From: Croceivirga sp.
GTDB lineage: Bacteria > Bacteroidota > Bacteroidia > Flavobacteriales > Flavobacteriaceae
NCBI GenBank assembly: GCA_965230555.1
Contig: OZ246014.1
Span: forward strand, 3,091,119-3,155,118
Length of the DNA stretch: 64,000 nt
Direction of reading: 5' to 3'
The notes under the pieces are model-generated. The model saw only the letters and a list, made by a program, of their open reading frames with translations, was not told where the DNA came from and searched no databases. This document shows, in pieces, positions 51,732 through 60,297 of the stretch. The position numbers and the translations under genes were made by a program. How positions within the stretch are numbered: the first letter of the stretch is position 1; each line of letters starts with the position of its first letter.

Positions 51732-52670
51732 TTATGGCAGTATGGTATAGACAAAGATGCCGTAGAGCGCTATAAGGATCAAACCGTCGCGCCAGCCCAA
51801 CCGCAATCCCTTGGGAAAGAACACCAGGGGAAGGATTAAAAAGGATATTCCCAACATCCAGAAAATATCATTGCCCAGCAAACCTTGGTCCACCACCCTA
51901 ATGGGCATGATCATGGAGGTAATGCCCAATACCGCCAAAAGGTTAAAGATATTTGAACCGATCAGGTTACCCACAGAAATGGCCTTCTCCTTTTTAAGTA
52001 CCGCAATGACCGATGCGGCCAATTCCGGTATGCTCGTACCCACAGAAACCAAGGTCACAGCAATGACCCTATCACTCACCCCCAATGAGATTGCCAGGTT
52101 TCTGGCCCCTTGGATAAGCAATTCAGAACCACCCCAAAGTGCAGTGCCCCCTATACCCAAGAGCAGCATGGTCCTATACCAGGGCAACAATTCGTCATCA
52201 TCCGGCAATTCATCGACCACTGCTGTTTTTTGAAAGCGCAAGAGGTATACCAAAAACAAAAAGAGCACTACGACCATGATGACCCCTTCATAACGATTTA
52301 GGACACCATCAAAATAGATAAAGCCCACAAACAACAGCGACGCAAACATCATAACGGGCCAGTCTGTAGTGTAAAAACTTTTTCTAACGTTAATGCCCCC
52401 CAAGAGCACGGTAACGGCCAAGACCAAGCCCAAATTGGCTATGTTGGACCCCACCACATTACCCAACGACAAATCTGGCAGCCCATCCATGGCAGCCTTA
52501 ATGCTCACGATCAATTCCGGGGCCGATGTAGCAAAGGAAACCACCGTCATCCCAATGACAATCTTGGGTATCTCCAGACGCAGGGACAGGGCCACAGCAG
52601 ATTTCAACAACCAATTTCCCCCTAAAATCAACAGGGTAAGACCCAGAACAATAAAAACAACATCCAACAT
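51732..52670 (-). CDS. Calcium/sodium (CaCA, YrbG-type) antiporter
   Basis: About 10 TM, two alpha-repeats (GMTVVSFATSAPEL; GVTLVSVGTSIPEL). Start trimmed to MLDVVFIVLG. Confidence 0.8.
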   Translation of the reverse strand: MLDVVFIVLGLTLLILGGNWLLKSAVALSLRLEIPKIVIGMTVVSFATSAPELIVSIKAAMDGLPDLSLGNVVGSNIANLGLVLAVTVLLGGINVRKSFYTTDWPVMMFASLLFVGFIYFDGVLNRYEGVIMVVVLFLFLVYLLRFQKTAVVDELPDDDELLPWYRTMLLLGIGGTALWGGSELLIQGARNLAISLGVSDRVIAVTLVSVGTSIPELAASVIAVLKKEKAISVGNLIGSNIFNLLAVLGITSMIMPIRVVDQGLLGNDIFWMLGISFLILPLVFFPKGLRLGWRDGLILIALYGIFVYTILP

Positions 52671-52814
52671 GCGTTCAACAAAATTTCGGCAAAGATAACG
52701 GAAGTTTTCCCAGGCCATCCCCCATAAAACAACTAAAAAAACAGTTAATAAACTACAAAAATAGTTGTGCAACTATAAAATCCGTAGTAGGTTTGGAGCA
52801 TTAAACGTCATACC

Positions 52815-53174
52815 ATGCAAAAATTGACCAACAAGGAAGAGGAAATCATGAAAATACTCTGGCGACTGCAAAAAGCGTTCGTCAAAGAAATCTTGGAGGA
52901 TATTGAGGGCGAGAAGCCCCATTACAACACGCTATCCACCATTGTGCGGAACCTACAGGAGAAAGGTTTCGTGGGCCATGAGGCCTTTGGAAATACCCAC
53001 CGCTACTTTCCGATAATTCCAAAAGAAGACTACCGCAAAAGGTTTGTGACCTCTGCCATAGCCGATTATTATGACGATTCCTACAAAAGCCTGGTATCAC
53101 ATTTTGCCAAGGAGGAAAAAATTTCTGTGGAAGAATTAAAGGAAATCATCAAACTCATCGAAAGTAAAAGCTAA
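52815..53174 (+). CDS. BlaI/MecI/CopY-family transcriptional repressor
   Basis: 119 aa winged helix (LTNKEEEIMKILW...YNTLSTIVRNLQEKGFV). 1-nt overlap with the M56 gene. Confidence 0.85.
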   Translation: MQKLTNKEEEIMKILWRLQKAFVKEILEDIEGEKPHYNTLSTIVRNLQEKGFVGHEAFGNTHRYFPIIPKEDYRKRFVTSAIADYYDDSYKSLVSHFAKEEKISVEELKEIIKLIESKS

Positions 53175-55291
53175 TGGAACCTGTACTATTTCATTTAATC
53201 AAATCTACTGCGCTAGGCTTATTGTTTTTGACCTCCTATATGATTTTCCTAAGGAAGGAAACATTTTTTGCAACCAATCGCATATACCTGATCATTGGGG
53301 TCATTATCTCCATCCTGCTCCCTTTTATCACCCTTACCAAAACTGTCTTTATTGAAACCCAACCCATTTCCCATGACAACTTTGTGGTTGTTGGGAACTC
53401 TATTTCCGTACAGCCCGATACCATAAATTGGACGGCCTTGCTTTTGGGCCTCTACCTAGTGGGGGTCTTGTGTTTTGGGATCCAGTTTCTATGCCAATTA
53501 TGGCGCATCAAAAAAATAAAACTGCAAAGCGATGTGGTACAGGAAGATGATATCGTACATGTACGATCGCAAAAACGATTATCCCCCTTTTCGTTCTTTA
53601 AAAACATTTTTTATTGTCCTTCCCAATTTGCCCCACAAGAGTTAAAGGCCATCATCATCCACGAAAAAGTGCACGCCAAACAATACCATAGCTTGGACGT
53701 CATCTTTATACAATTGATGTGTATTGTACTATGGTTTCATCCATTGGTGTGGATCTACAGGGAAGTAATGTGCCAAAACCTCGAATTTTTGGCCGACCAC
53801 AGCACCCTAAAACAAGTTCCGGACAAAAAACAGTACCAATACCTAATGCTACAGCAGGCAGTTGGTATCCAAAAATTGGCCGTGACCAATTCATTTTATA
53901 ATTCATTAATCAAAAAAAGGATAACCATGTTACATCAACATCAATCAAGAAAAACAAAGTTGCTAAAGCTCTTTATCGTATTGCCATTCTTGGCTATTTT
54001 CTTACTGGCCTTTAACACCAAGACCGTAGTTAAGGCAAAGCCCATTATCAAAACCGAAACCATAATAGCCCAAAACAAATCCTTTGAATACCTCATCACA
54101 AGAACAACCCCCAACGAACAATTGGAACAGATAAAATCGGAACTTAAGGATCGTGGCATCGACTTTTCCTATACCGTGGCGCGAAACCAGGACGGAGAAA
54201 TCATGGATATGTATCTGGATACGAAGGGGAGCAACGCTGCTGGTGTTGATTTCAACATGAATTTTAATACCAACTCCACCACTCCAATCCAAGATGTAGT
54301 GTTGACCTATACTGAAGAAAACGGTTCCTTTTATATTGGCCAAAAGGACAATCTGGGGAAAAAGCTAAAAAAAGTGACAAAAAAGATAGCGCCTAAAGTC
54401 AAGCAAGCCAAGGAAAATGTAACCATAAAAATTAGCAACGTCACCCTTGATATTGATAAAAACACAACAACGGAGGATTTAAAAAAGGATTCAAAATTTT
54501 TGGCAGAACGCGGTGTAAAAATAAATTTTAAAGGCATAAAACGAAACACCGCCGGGGAAATCACCGCCATCAAGGTTGTTTATGACAATGGCAATGGGGA
54601 CAAAGGCAATTACCAACAAGAGAAAACCGAAGGCATAACCCCATTTAAAATTGCCATAACTTTTGATGAAGATGGGTTGACCACCATTGATGTCATGGGG
54701 ACAGAAAAAGTGCACGAACATATCCTTAACAACAACAAAGCCATGGTCTGGATTTCTGATGATAAGGACAAGGTTGTTGAAATAAAAAAACACCAAAAGC
54801 ACAACGGTACTTGGATTTTGGATGACACCCAAAATGTTGAAATCATAGAACTGAAAAAGGATAGGGATGCTGAGGTCATTATGCTAAACGGAGCGGTCGT
54901 TTCCCCAGATTCCCTGACCAACATCATCAAGCTAAAAAAGAACCCTTCCAAGGCAAAACGTATTAAAGTGGCACCCAAGGAATTCAAGGGTTCCCAAAAA
55001 AAATACATCATAATTGAAACAGATTCATTACATGCCAAAAAGTTCAATAAAATTACCATTGATCTTGATGAAAGTGGCGACTTTCAAAACAGCATCAAAA
55101 TTGTTTCAAAGTCAGGCAAAGCGCCTTTATATGTTGTTGATGGGAACATTGAGAAGGGATTCAACCTAAAAGACCTAACCCCAGAACAGATAAAATCCGT
55201 GAACGTCATCAAACCGGAATTCGCTATAGAAAAGTATGGGGACAAAGGCAAAAATGGTGTGGTGGAGATTACCACCAAAAAGAAGGAATAA
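53174..55291 (+). CDS. M56-family (BlaR1-like) membrane metalloprotease/sensor
   Basis: 4 TM, HExxH (IIHEKVHAKQ), long extracytoplasmic C-terminus ending in a plug-like PLYVVDG...NGVVEITTKKK motif. Confidence 0.8.
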   Translation: MEPVLFHLIKSTALGLLFLTSYMIFLRKETFFATNRIYLIIGVIISILLPFITLTKTVFIETQPISHDNFVVVGNSISVQPDTINWTALLLGLYLVGVLCFGIQFLCQLWRIKKIKLQSDVVQEDDIVHVRSQKRLSPFSFFKNIFYCPSQFAPQELKAIIIHEKVHAKQYHSLDVIFIQLMCIVLWFHPLVWIYREVMCQNLEFLADHSTLKQVPDKKQYQYLMLQQAVGIQKLAVTNSFYNSLIKKRITMLHQHQSRKTKLLKLFIVLPFLAIFLLAFNTKTVVKAKPIIKTETIIAQNKSFEYLITRTTPNEQLEQIKSELKDRGIDFSYTVARNQDGEIMDMYLDTKGSNAAGVDFNMNFNTNSTTPIQDVVLTYTEENGSFYIGQKDNLGKKLKKVTKKIAPKVKQAKENVTIKISNVTLDIDKNTTTEDLKKDSKFLAERGVKINFKGIKRNTAGEITAIKVVYDNGNGDKGNYQQEKTEGITPFKIAITFDEDGLTTIDVMGTEKVHEHILNNNKAMVWISDDKDKVVEIKKHQKHNGTWILDDTQNVEIIELKKDRDAEVIMLNGAVVSPDSLTNIIKLKKNPSKAKRIKVAPKEFKGSQKKYIIIETDSLHAKKFNKITIDLDESGDFQNSIKIVSKSGKAPLYVVDGNIEKGFNLKDLTPEQIKSVNVIKPEFAIEKYGDKGKNGVVEITTKKKE

Positions 55292-55384
55292 GCCCAATGA
55301 ATACGCCCAAAACCTAAGGTGTGGTTTAAAATAATCATCTAAATCATTCATCAATTATTCAATCGGGCCCAAAAAACGAACAGT

Positions 55385-55435
55385 AAAACCGACCCTTGGC
55401 TTCGACTCTGCTCGGCCACCAACAGGGTCGGTTTT
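55385..55435 (+). terminator. 12-bp-stem, large-loop hairpin after the M56 gene
   Basis: AAAACCGACCCT-(27 nt loop TGGCTTCGACTCTGCTCGGCCACCAAC)-AGGGTCGGTTTT. Confidence 0.6.
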
Positions 55436-56007
55436 CTCGTTTCAAAAAAAATGAAAATGCCCAAAAAGGGTTTTTTTCGGCCATTCATTCCCTTGGTTTT
55501 CAAAAATTGGCCCAAAAACCCCCTTCAATTCCTACACTTTAAAGTCAATACCCTCATCCCACCATCAAAGTGTAATCCCTCACAAGGGTCTAAGTTTCAA
55601 ATTTAAATATCATTCGTTTTAAAACTTACATATTAGTATTCAATTTCAAAGAATTCTTTCAAATTATTTGCCAACATGACATTTCTCATTTTATATTGAA
55701 AACTCAATCATCTAAAAAAGGAGTTTAACCACAATCAAAAACGACAACAATGATCACCCTAGTAAAATTTTTATTGGCCTTGCTTATATCCTTAATGGCT
55801 ATTTTGCTATGATCAGTTCCCCAATGCCCTCTAGGTTTTTATCTTTGCCCAAAAAACAAGGTTGAAGACATTCTATAAAATTCTGGCAAAACTGAACAAG
55901 GCCTTGCTCCCATCCATGACCAAAAGAAGATTGGATGTTGCCAAGGCCAAAAAATGGCAATTGGCCCTCATAGGATGGCGGGCCTATGTTACCAAAAAAG
56001 CATTGGA

Positions 56008-56520
56008 TTAATACCTGAGCAGCGAAGAGACCTGATAGCCGTTCAACTGTTTTTCGCCGCTTAGAAAGCTAAGGTGGATCAAAAAGTTGCACTGGACCAC
56101 GGTACCGCCCAACTGTTCCACCAATTTACAGACTGCACTGGCAGTGCCCCCAGTGGCCAAGACATCATCGTGCACCAAGACCCGTTCTCCCCTTTCTATG
56201 GCATCTACGTGTATTTCCAGGGCATCGGTACCGTACTCCAAACTATAGGATTCCGAAACGGTTTCATAGGGCAGCTTGCCCACCTTACGCACCGGCACAA
56301 AGCCCGCCTCTAACTTGGTCGCCAAAAGTGGGGCAAAAATAAAACCCCGGCTATCTATACCCACCACCTTGTGAATATCGTTGTCATTGACCATTTTGTA
56401 CAATGAATCTGCCGCGGCATTCAACACCTCGGTATCCTTTAACAAGGGGGTAATATCCTTAAAAACAATCCCTTTTTCAGGAAAATCCTGTACATCGCGA
56501 ATGAAGTTATCAAAATTCAT
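56008..56520 (-). CDS. apt: Adenine phosphoribosyltransferase
   Basis: 170 aa; PRPP motif VLVHDDVLATGGTA; FKDITPLL. Confidence 0.95.
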   Translation of the reverse strand: MNFDNFIRDVQDFPEKGIVFKDITPLLKDTEVLNAAADSLYKMVNDNDIHKVVGIDSRGFIFAPLLATKLEAGFVPVRKVGKLPYETVSESYSLEYGTDALEIHVDAIERGERVLVHDDVLATGGTASAVCKLVEQLGGTVVQCNFLIHLSFLSGEKQLNGYQVSSLLRY

Positions 56521-56561
56521 GGAAAACTATTGATCGGTTTTGTGGTAAATTTAAAAAGAAA

Positions 56562-56569
56562 TATATTTG
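56562..56569 (+). promoter_or_regulatory. -7 box TATATTTG upstream of tRNA-Arg
   Basis: Exact TAnnTTTG ending 16 nt before the tRNA 5' end. Confidence 0.55.
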
Positions 56570-56584
56570 CACCCCATTAAAAAC

Positions 56585-56658
56585 GGCCTCGTGGCGCAAC
56601 TGAATAGCGCATCTGATTACGGCTCAGAAGGTTGCAGGTTTGAATCCTGCCGAGGTCA
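56585..56658 (+). tRNA. tRNA-Arg (anticodon ACG)
   Basis: Hand-folded cloverleaf: acceptor GGCCTCG/CGAGGTC, D stem GCGC/GCGC, anticodon stem TCTGA/TCAGA with loop TTACGGC, variable loop AGGTT, T stem GCAGG/CCTGC, discriminator A. No encoded CCA. Confidence 0.9.
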
Positions 56659-56881
56659 CTTAAAGCACAAACCCTGCATTTTTATGTAGGGTTTTGTTGT
56701 TTTAGACCATCAGTTAAATGATTTTATTTCTCAAGGTATCCGTAGTAGGGTTAGCGACAATCCCATATAAAAACTGAATTCGATATAACAAAGGAAAGAT
56801 TTTGGCTTGCTGTTTGTAATCCTCATTTCACCTCTGGTGATTCGGCCATCAAAATATTGAATTCAGGTTCTCCAATATTAA

Positions 56882-57907
56882 TTATAGCGAATCCCGAAGT
56901 ATGAGTTTGGAAGGGTTTCTGATTACCTCTACCTGTTTATTCAATACCATGGAAGCGGCATTTCTGCCCATTTTCTCAAAGTCGGTACTAAAAACGGAAA
57001 TTCCTCCTTCCAGTACTTCATTCACATAAGTGTCGTTATAGGACAACACCCCTATATCCTCTCCAAAAGTATAGTTCTTTTTCCTGCTTAACTTTATGAG
57101 GTTCACGAGCTCTTTTCCGCTGGATGACATGAGCAAGTATACCCATCCCTTGGTCAGGTTCTGTTCAGAAACCTCACTCACAATATCATACTTGAACCTG
57201 TTCTTATCGCAGAACCGCTCAAACCCGTTGATGACCTTTTTTCCCTCATATCTGGACTCTGCGCACACCAAGACCAACTTATCGTATTTTTTTAACCTTC
57301 CGTAGGCCTCAACCAAACAATTGTAGATATCATCCTCAAAGTCTTGGTATACCATGGCATAATTGCCGGTCAGGTTTGGTTCATAATGGTCCAAGATCAA
57401 CCGCTTTTCTGGCGGTATCATGTTAAGGATATCATCCACTTCTTCGTGCAAATAGGTGACGACCACAAAATGGGTATAATTGGTGAGATTGTCCAAAATC
57501 ATGGTTTTGAACAAATTGTAATTGTGGTGGTAAAAATACAGATGGACCTCTCCACGATCGCCAATGGTATCCAAAAAGGAACGGTACATCCGGTTTTTAA
57601 AAACCGTCATTTTATCCATGAGTAGGAAAATGCGCAAGCCAACCTTGACATTGGTCTTTTTGACAAAATACCCTTTACGGTACGAAGATTCTATAATACC
57701 CTGCTCGCTCAGGTAATTTAGGGCTTTTAATACCGTTTCCCTGCTTAAATTAAATTCATCGGACAATTTGTTCACAGAAGGAATGCGATCGTTTACCGCA
57801 AATTTCCCTTCCTCTATTTGGGAGATGACAAGCTCGGCAAGTTTTTGGTATTTTGGTTTTAGATGGTTTCCGTTCCTGTTTAAATTTGACATAAGTATCC
57901 TTTTCAA
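56882..57907 (-). CDS. GntR-type wHTH fused to a LacI/PBP1-type sugar-binding domain (transcriptional regulator)
   Basis: N-terminal KYQKLAELVISQIEEGKF...IPSVNKLSDEFNLSRETVLKALNYL; C-terminal periplasmic-binding-protein-like fold. TTG start. Confidence 0.75.
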   Translation of the reverse strand: MKRILMSNLNRNGNHLKPKYQKLAELVISQIEEGKFAVNDRIPSVNKLSDEFNLSRETVLKALNYLSEQGIIESSYRKGYFVKKTNVKVGLRIFLLMDKMTVFKNRMYRSFLDTIGDRGEVHLYFYHHNYNLFKTMILDNLTNYTHFVVVTYLHEEVDDILNMIPPEKRLILDHYEPNLTGNYAMVYQDFEDDIYNCLVEAYGRLKKYDKLVLVCAESRYEGKKVINGFERFCDKNRFKYDIVSEVSEQNLTKGWVYLLMSSSGKELVNLIKLSRKKNYTFGEDIGVLSYNDTYVNEVLEGGISVFSTDFEKMGRNAASMVLNKQVEVIRNPSKLILRDSL

Positions 57908-58004
57908 AAAGTTAGATCGTCACCCATACACACAAACCTCTTCCAAAGGTTACTAATTTAACCAAAAAAAGCAATACAAATCATACCAAACCAGCATGCA
58001 TCTA

Positions 58005-60293
58005 TTACAGGCATATTACCTGGAATACCGCAGCTGGAAAATCCTTGGAAGGCTTTTCAAATTTTAGGGTGAGTTGGTCTGTCTCCAATTCATCCGTAAA
58101 ATAAAAAACATTCTGGGTTTGGTGATTATCCTTCTGTTCGGCCAAAAGGTTTCCTTTGGCATCGTATAGTGCATAATCCCCTACACAAAAGGGGATTACA
58201 GCTTCTGGATGCCCCATGAGCACCGTTTCCAGAGGATGGTCAAAATCCGTATCAAAGAATAGGTGCAGTTCCTTTATCCGCTGTGGTGTTGGCCACTTCA
58301 AATCCAAGGTTGGAGTTTTATCTTCCAAAGCCGAACACCAAAGGTTCGTACTGCCATTGGCCGTTGGCCTTATTAGGCCGTTTTTGATGTTTTCTGCCTT
58401 AAAAGCAGTCAACGGAGGTTGTATTTCCAAGGCGATGTTTGTTCCATTGGGCCTTCTTTCCGGACACCAAAACTCAAACGACTCCAGACCAGAATCCTTG
58501 GGCGGACATTGTTTTCCCATATTGGAAACTTCCTTATGGGGCTTGTTAAAAACCGATAAAATCCCTGAAAACCGCTGATCACTTCCCTTGATCTGGACGG
58601 CATCGTTCTTTAGAAAACACAAAAATCCATAGCCTTGGGTTGGCATGGGCTTCGAAAATTCCAACGTAACCCACTGTTCCCCGTCTTGAAGTTCAACCTC
58701 CATTGATTCCACGGTTACATCGGGCGTAAAATGCTTATCCTTGGATGTTGTCCTTAACTCAACCTGAAGCATGGATGCTCCCTTACTTTTAAGTTTCACC
58801 TTAAAGGTATAGGCCAAGCCCTTCTGCAAGGGCAACATTTGGCCCGTGGCATATTCCAAGGACATCCAAGGTCCATTGTCGGGCAGCTTTGAGACAAGCA
58901 GTTCGGAAGAGGCGTGCACACTTGCAGAATCCAGTAGATTATCCTTAAGGTACAAAGGCACCTGAGGAATACTTTGTCCTCTCTTGTTCAATTCTGACTG
59001 CAATTCCTCAATATAGGGCGATTGCGCTATGTTGCGCGGATATAGGTTGTTCTTCAAGGCCATGGCAGCGGCCATCCCCACTGCTTGGGCTCCATTGCCA
59101 GAGGTTGCCATTACCCTTGTGGAACCAAAGGCCACATGCGATGCACTAATGATCCTGCCAGCTAGAAAAAGGTTGTCCAAATCCTTGCTGTAGTAGCATC
59201 GATACGGAATTTGGTAGGTTCCCTTACTGTGCCATTGGGTACAGCTACTGTGTTTTGTGCTGTACACCCCATCGGCAGGGTGCAAATCAATGGCCCAACC
59301 GCCATGGGCCACGGCATCATAATGCTGTTTCTGGGAAACAATGTCTTGTTGTTTCAACATATAATCCCCTTCAAACCTTCTACTCTCCCTTTTCCCTGGA
59401 ATGGTCCCTACCCATTCCAAAGTAAGGTTCTCTGCTCCGGGATAGTCACCACTGTTCTTAACATGGTCCCAAATGCCATATATCACCTTCCAAAGTTCCC
59501 ATTTTATCTCCTCTGTATCGTGTACGGTATCCATACGTCCTCCAAATTCTACCCACCAAAGCTTGCAGCCATGATCTTGCAGGTCAAAGCTTCGCATCTT
59601 CACCAATTGGTTGGCATCCTTGAGCGCAAAAGATGGCGCAACATATTTTATGGGCCTGCCCACATCCTTGCTGTAGAAATACATGGAGTGGCCCAATAAC
59701 TCCCCATAGTCGTCAATGTCCGGTGCACAGGGCTCCCCGAACTCTTCCGGAGGCTCGGCCCCCATTCTAAAGGAGGCCCCGGCCTGAAAGGCCACCAGAC
59801 CATCTCCAGAAGCATCGGTAAAAAGTGGTGCCTTTACCTCATAGGTAGTTCCATTTTGACTACAAAAGCCCAAAACAGATTCTATCAAGGTGTCAGATTT
59901 TTTATTCACCTCATAGACCGAAGTGTTCAACAACAACTGGATGTTGGGTTCGGAATTTACCTTTTCCAGTAAGATGCTGTCCAAAATCAAGGGGTTGCCC
60001 TCCTTGTTCCGGTAGAGGTTTTCCAGCAAAATCTCATCCATGACCCCACCTTCACGGGACCACCTATTGTTGTTGCCCATGTGTGAGGTGGCCCCTAGGA
60101 TCCACAACCTTACCTCACTGGAAGAATTTCCGCCGAGCACAGGCCTATCCTGGACCAAAACTACCCGTATTCCGGCCCTTGCAGCAGTTATGGCACAGCA
60201 TACCCCTGCAATACCACCACCAATGACGGCCAAATCACAATGCAAGGTCAACTTTTTATTATCTCGATTTGATTCGAATCCTCTTTGTATCAT
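58005..60293 (-). CDS. Large FAD-dependent oxidoreductase (type associated with polysaccharide utilization loci)
   Basis: 762 aa; dinucleotide-binding motif DLAVIGGGIAGVCCAITAARAG. The C-terminal ~300 aa are of unknown function. Confidence 0.7.
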   Translation of the reverse strand: MIQRGFESNRDNKKLTLHCDLAVIGGGIAGVCCAITAARAGIRVVLVQDRPVLGGNSSSEVRLWILGATSHMGNNNRWSREGGVMDEILLENLYRNKEGNPLILDSILLEKVNSEPNIQLLLNTSVYEVNKKSDTLIESVLGFCSQNGTTYEVKAPLFTDASGDGLVAFQAGASFRMGAEPPEEFGEPCAPDIDDYGELLGHSMYFYSKDVGRPIKYVAPSFALKDANQLVKMRSFDLQDHGCKLWWVEFGGRMDTVHDTEEIKWELWKVIYGIWDHVKNSGDYPGAENLTLEWVGTIPGKRESRRFEGDYMLKQQDIVSQKQHYDAVAHGGWAIDLHPADGVYSTKHSSCTQWHSKGTYQIPYRCYYSKDLDNLFLAGRIISASHVAFGSTRVMATSGNGAQAVGMAAAMALKNNLYPRNIAQSPYIEELQSELNKRGQSIPQVPLYLKDNLLDSASVHASSELLVSKLPDNGPWMSLEYATGQMLPLQKGLAYTFKVKLKSKGASMLQVELRTTSKDKHFTPDVTVESMEVELQDGEQWVTLEFSKPMPTQGYGFLCFLKNDAVQIKGSDQRFSGILSVFNKPHKEVSNMGKQCPPKDSGLESFEFWCPERRPNGTNIALEIQPPLTAFKAENIKNGLIRPTANGSTNLWCSALEDKTPTLDLKWPTPQRIKELHLFFDTDFDHPLETVLMGHPEAVIPFCVGDYALYDAKGNLLAEQKDNHQTQNVFYFTDELETDQLTLKFEKPSKDFPAAVFQVICL

Positions 60294-60297
60294 AGCT

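Noticed and set aside
56659-56881. Integrated element at tRNA-Arg
   Set aside because: There is no integrase gene and no direct repeat of the tRNA 3' end that I can see downstream. There is only a terminator-like hairpin (about 56668-56700).
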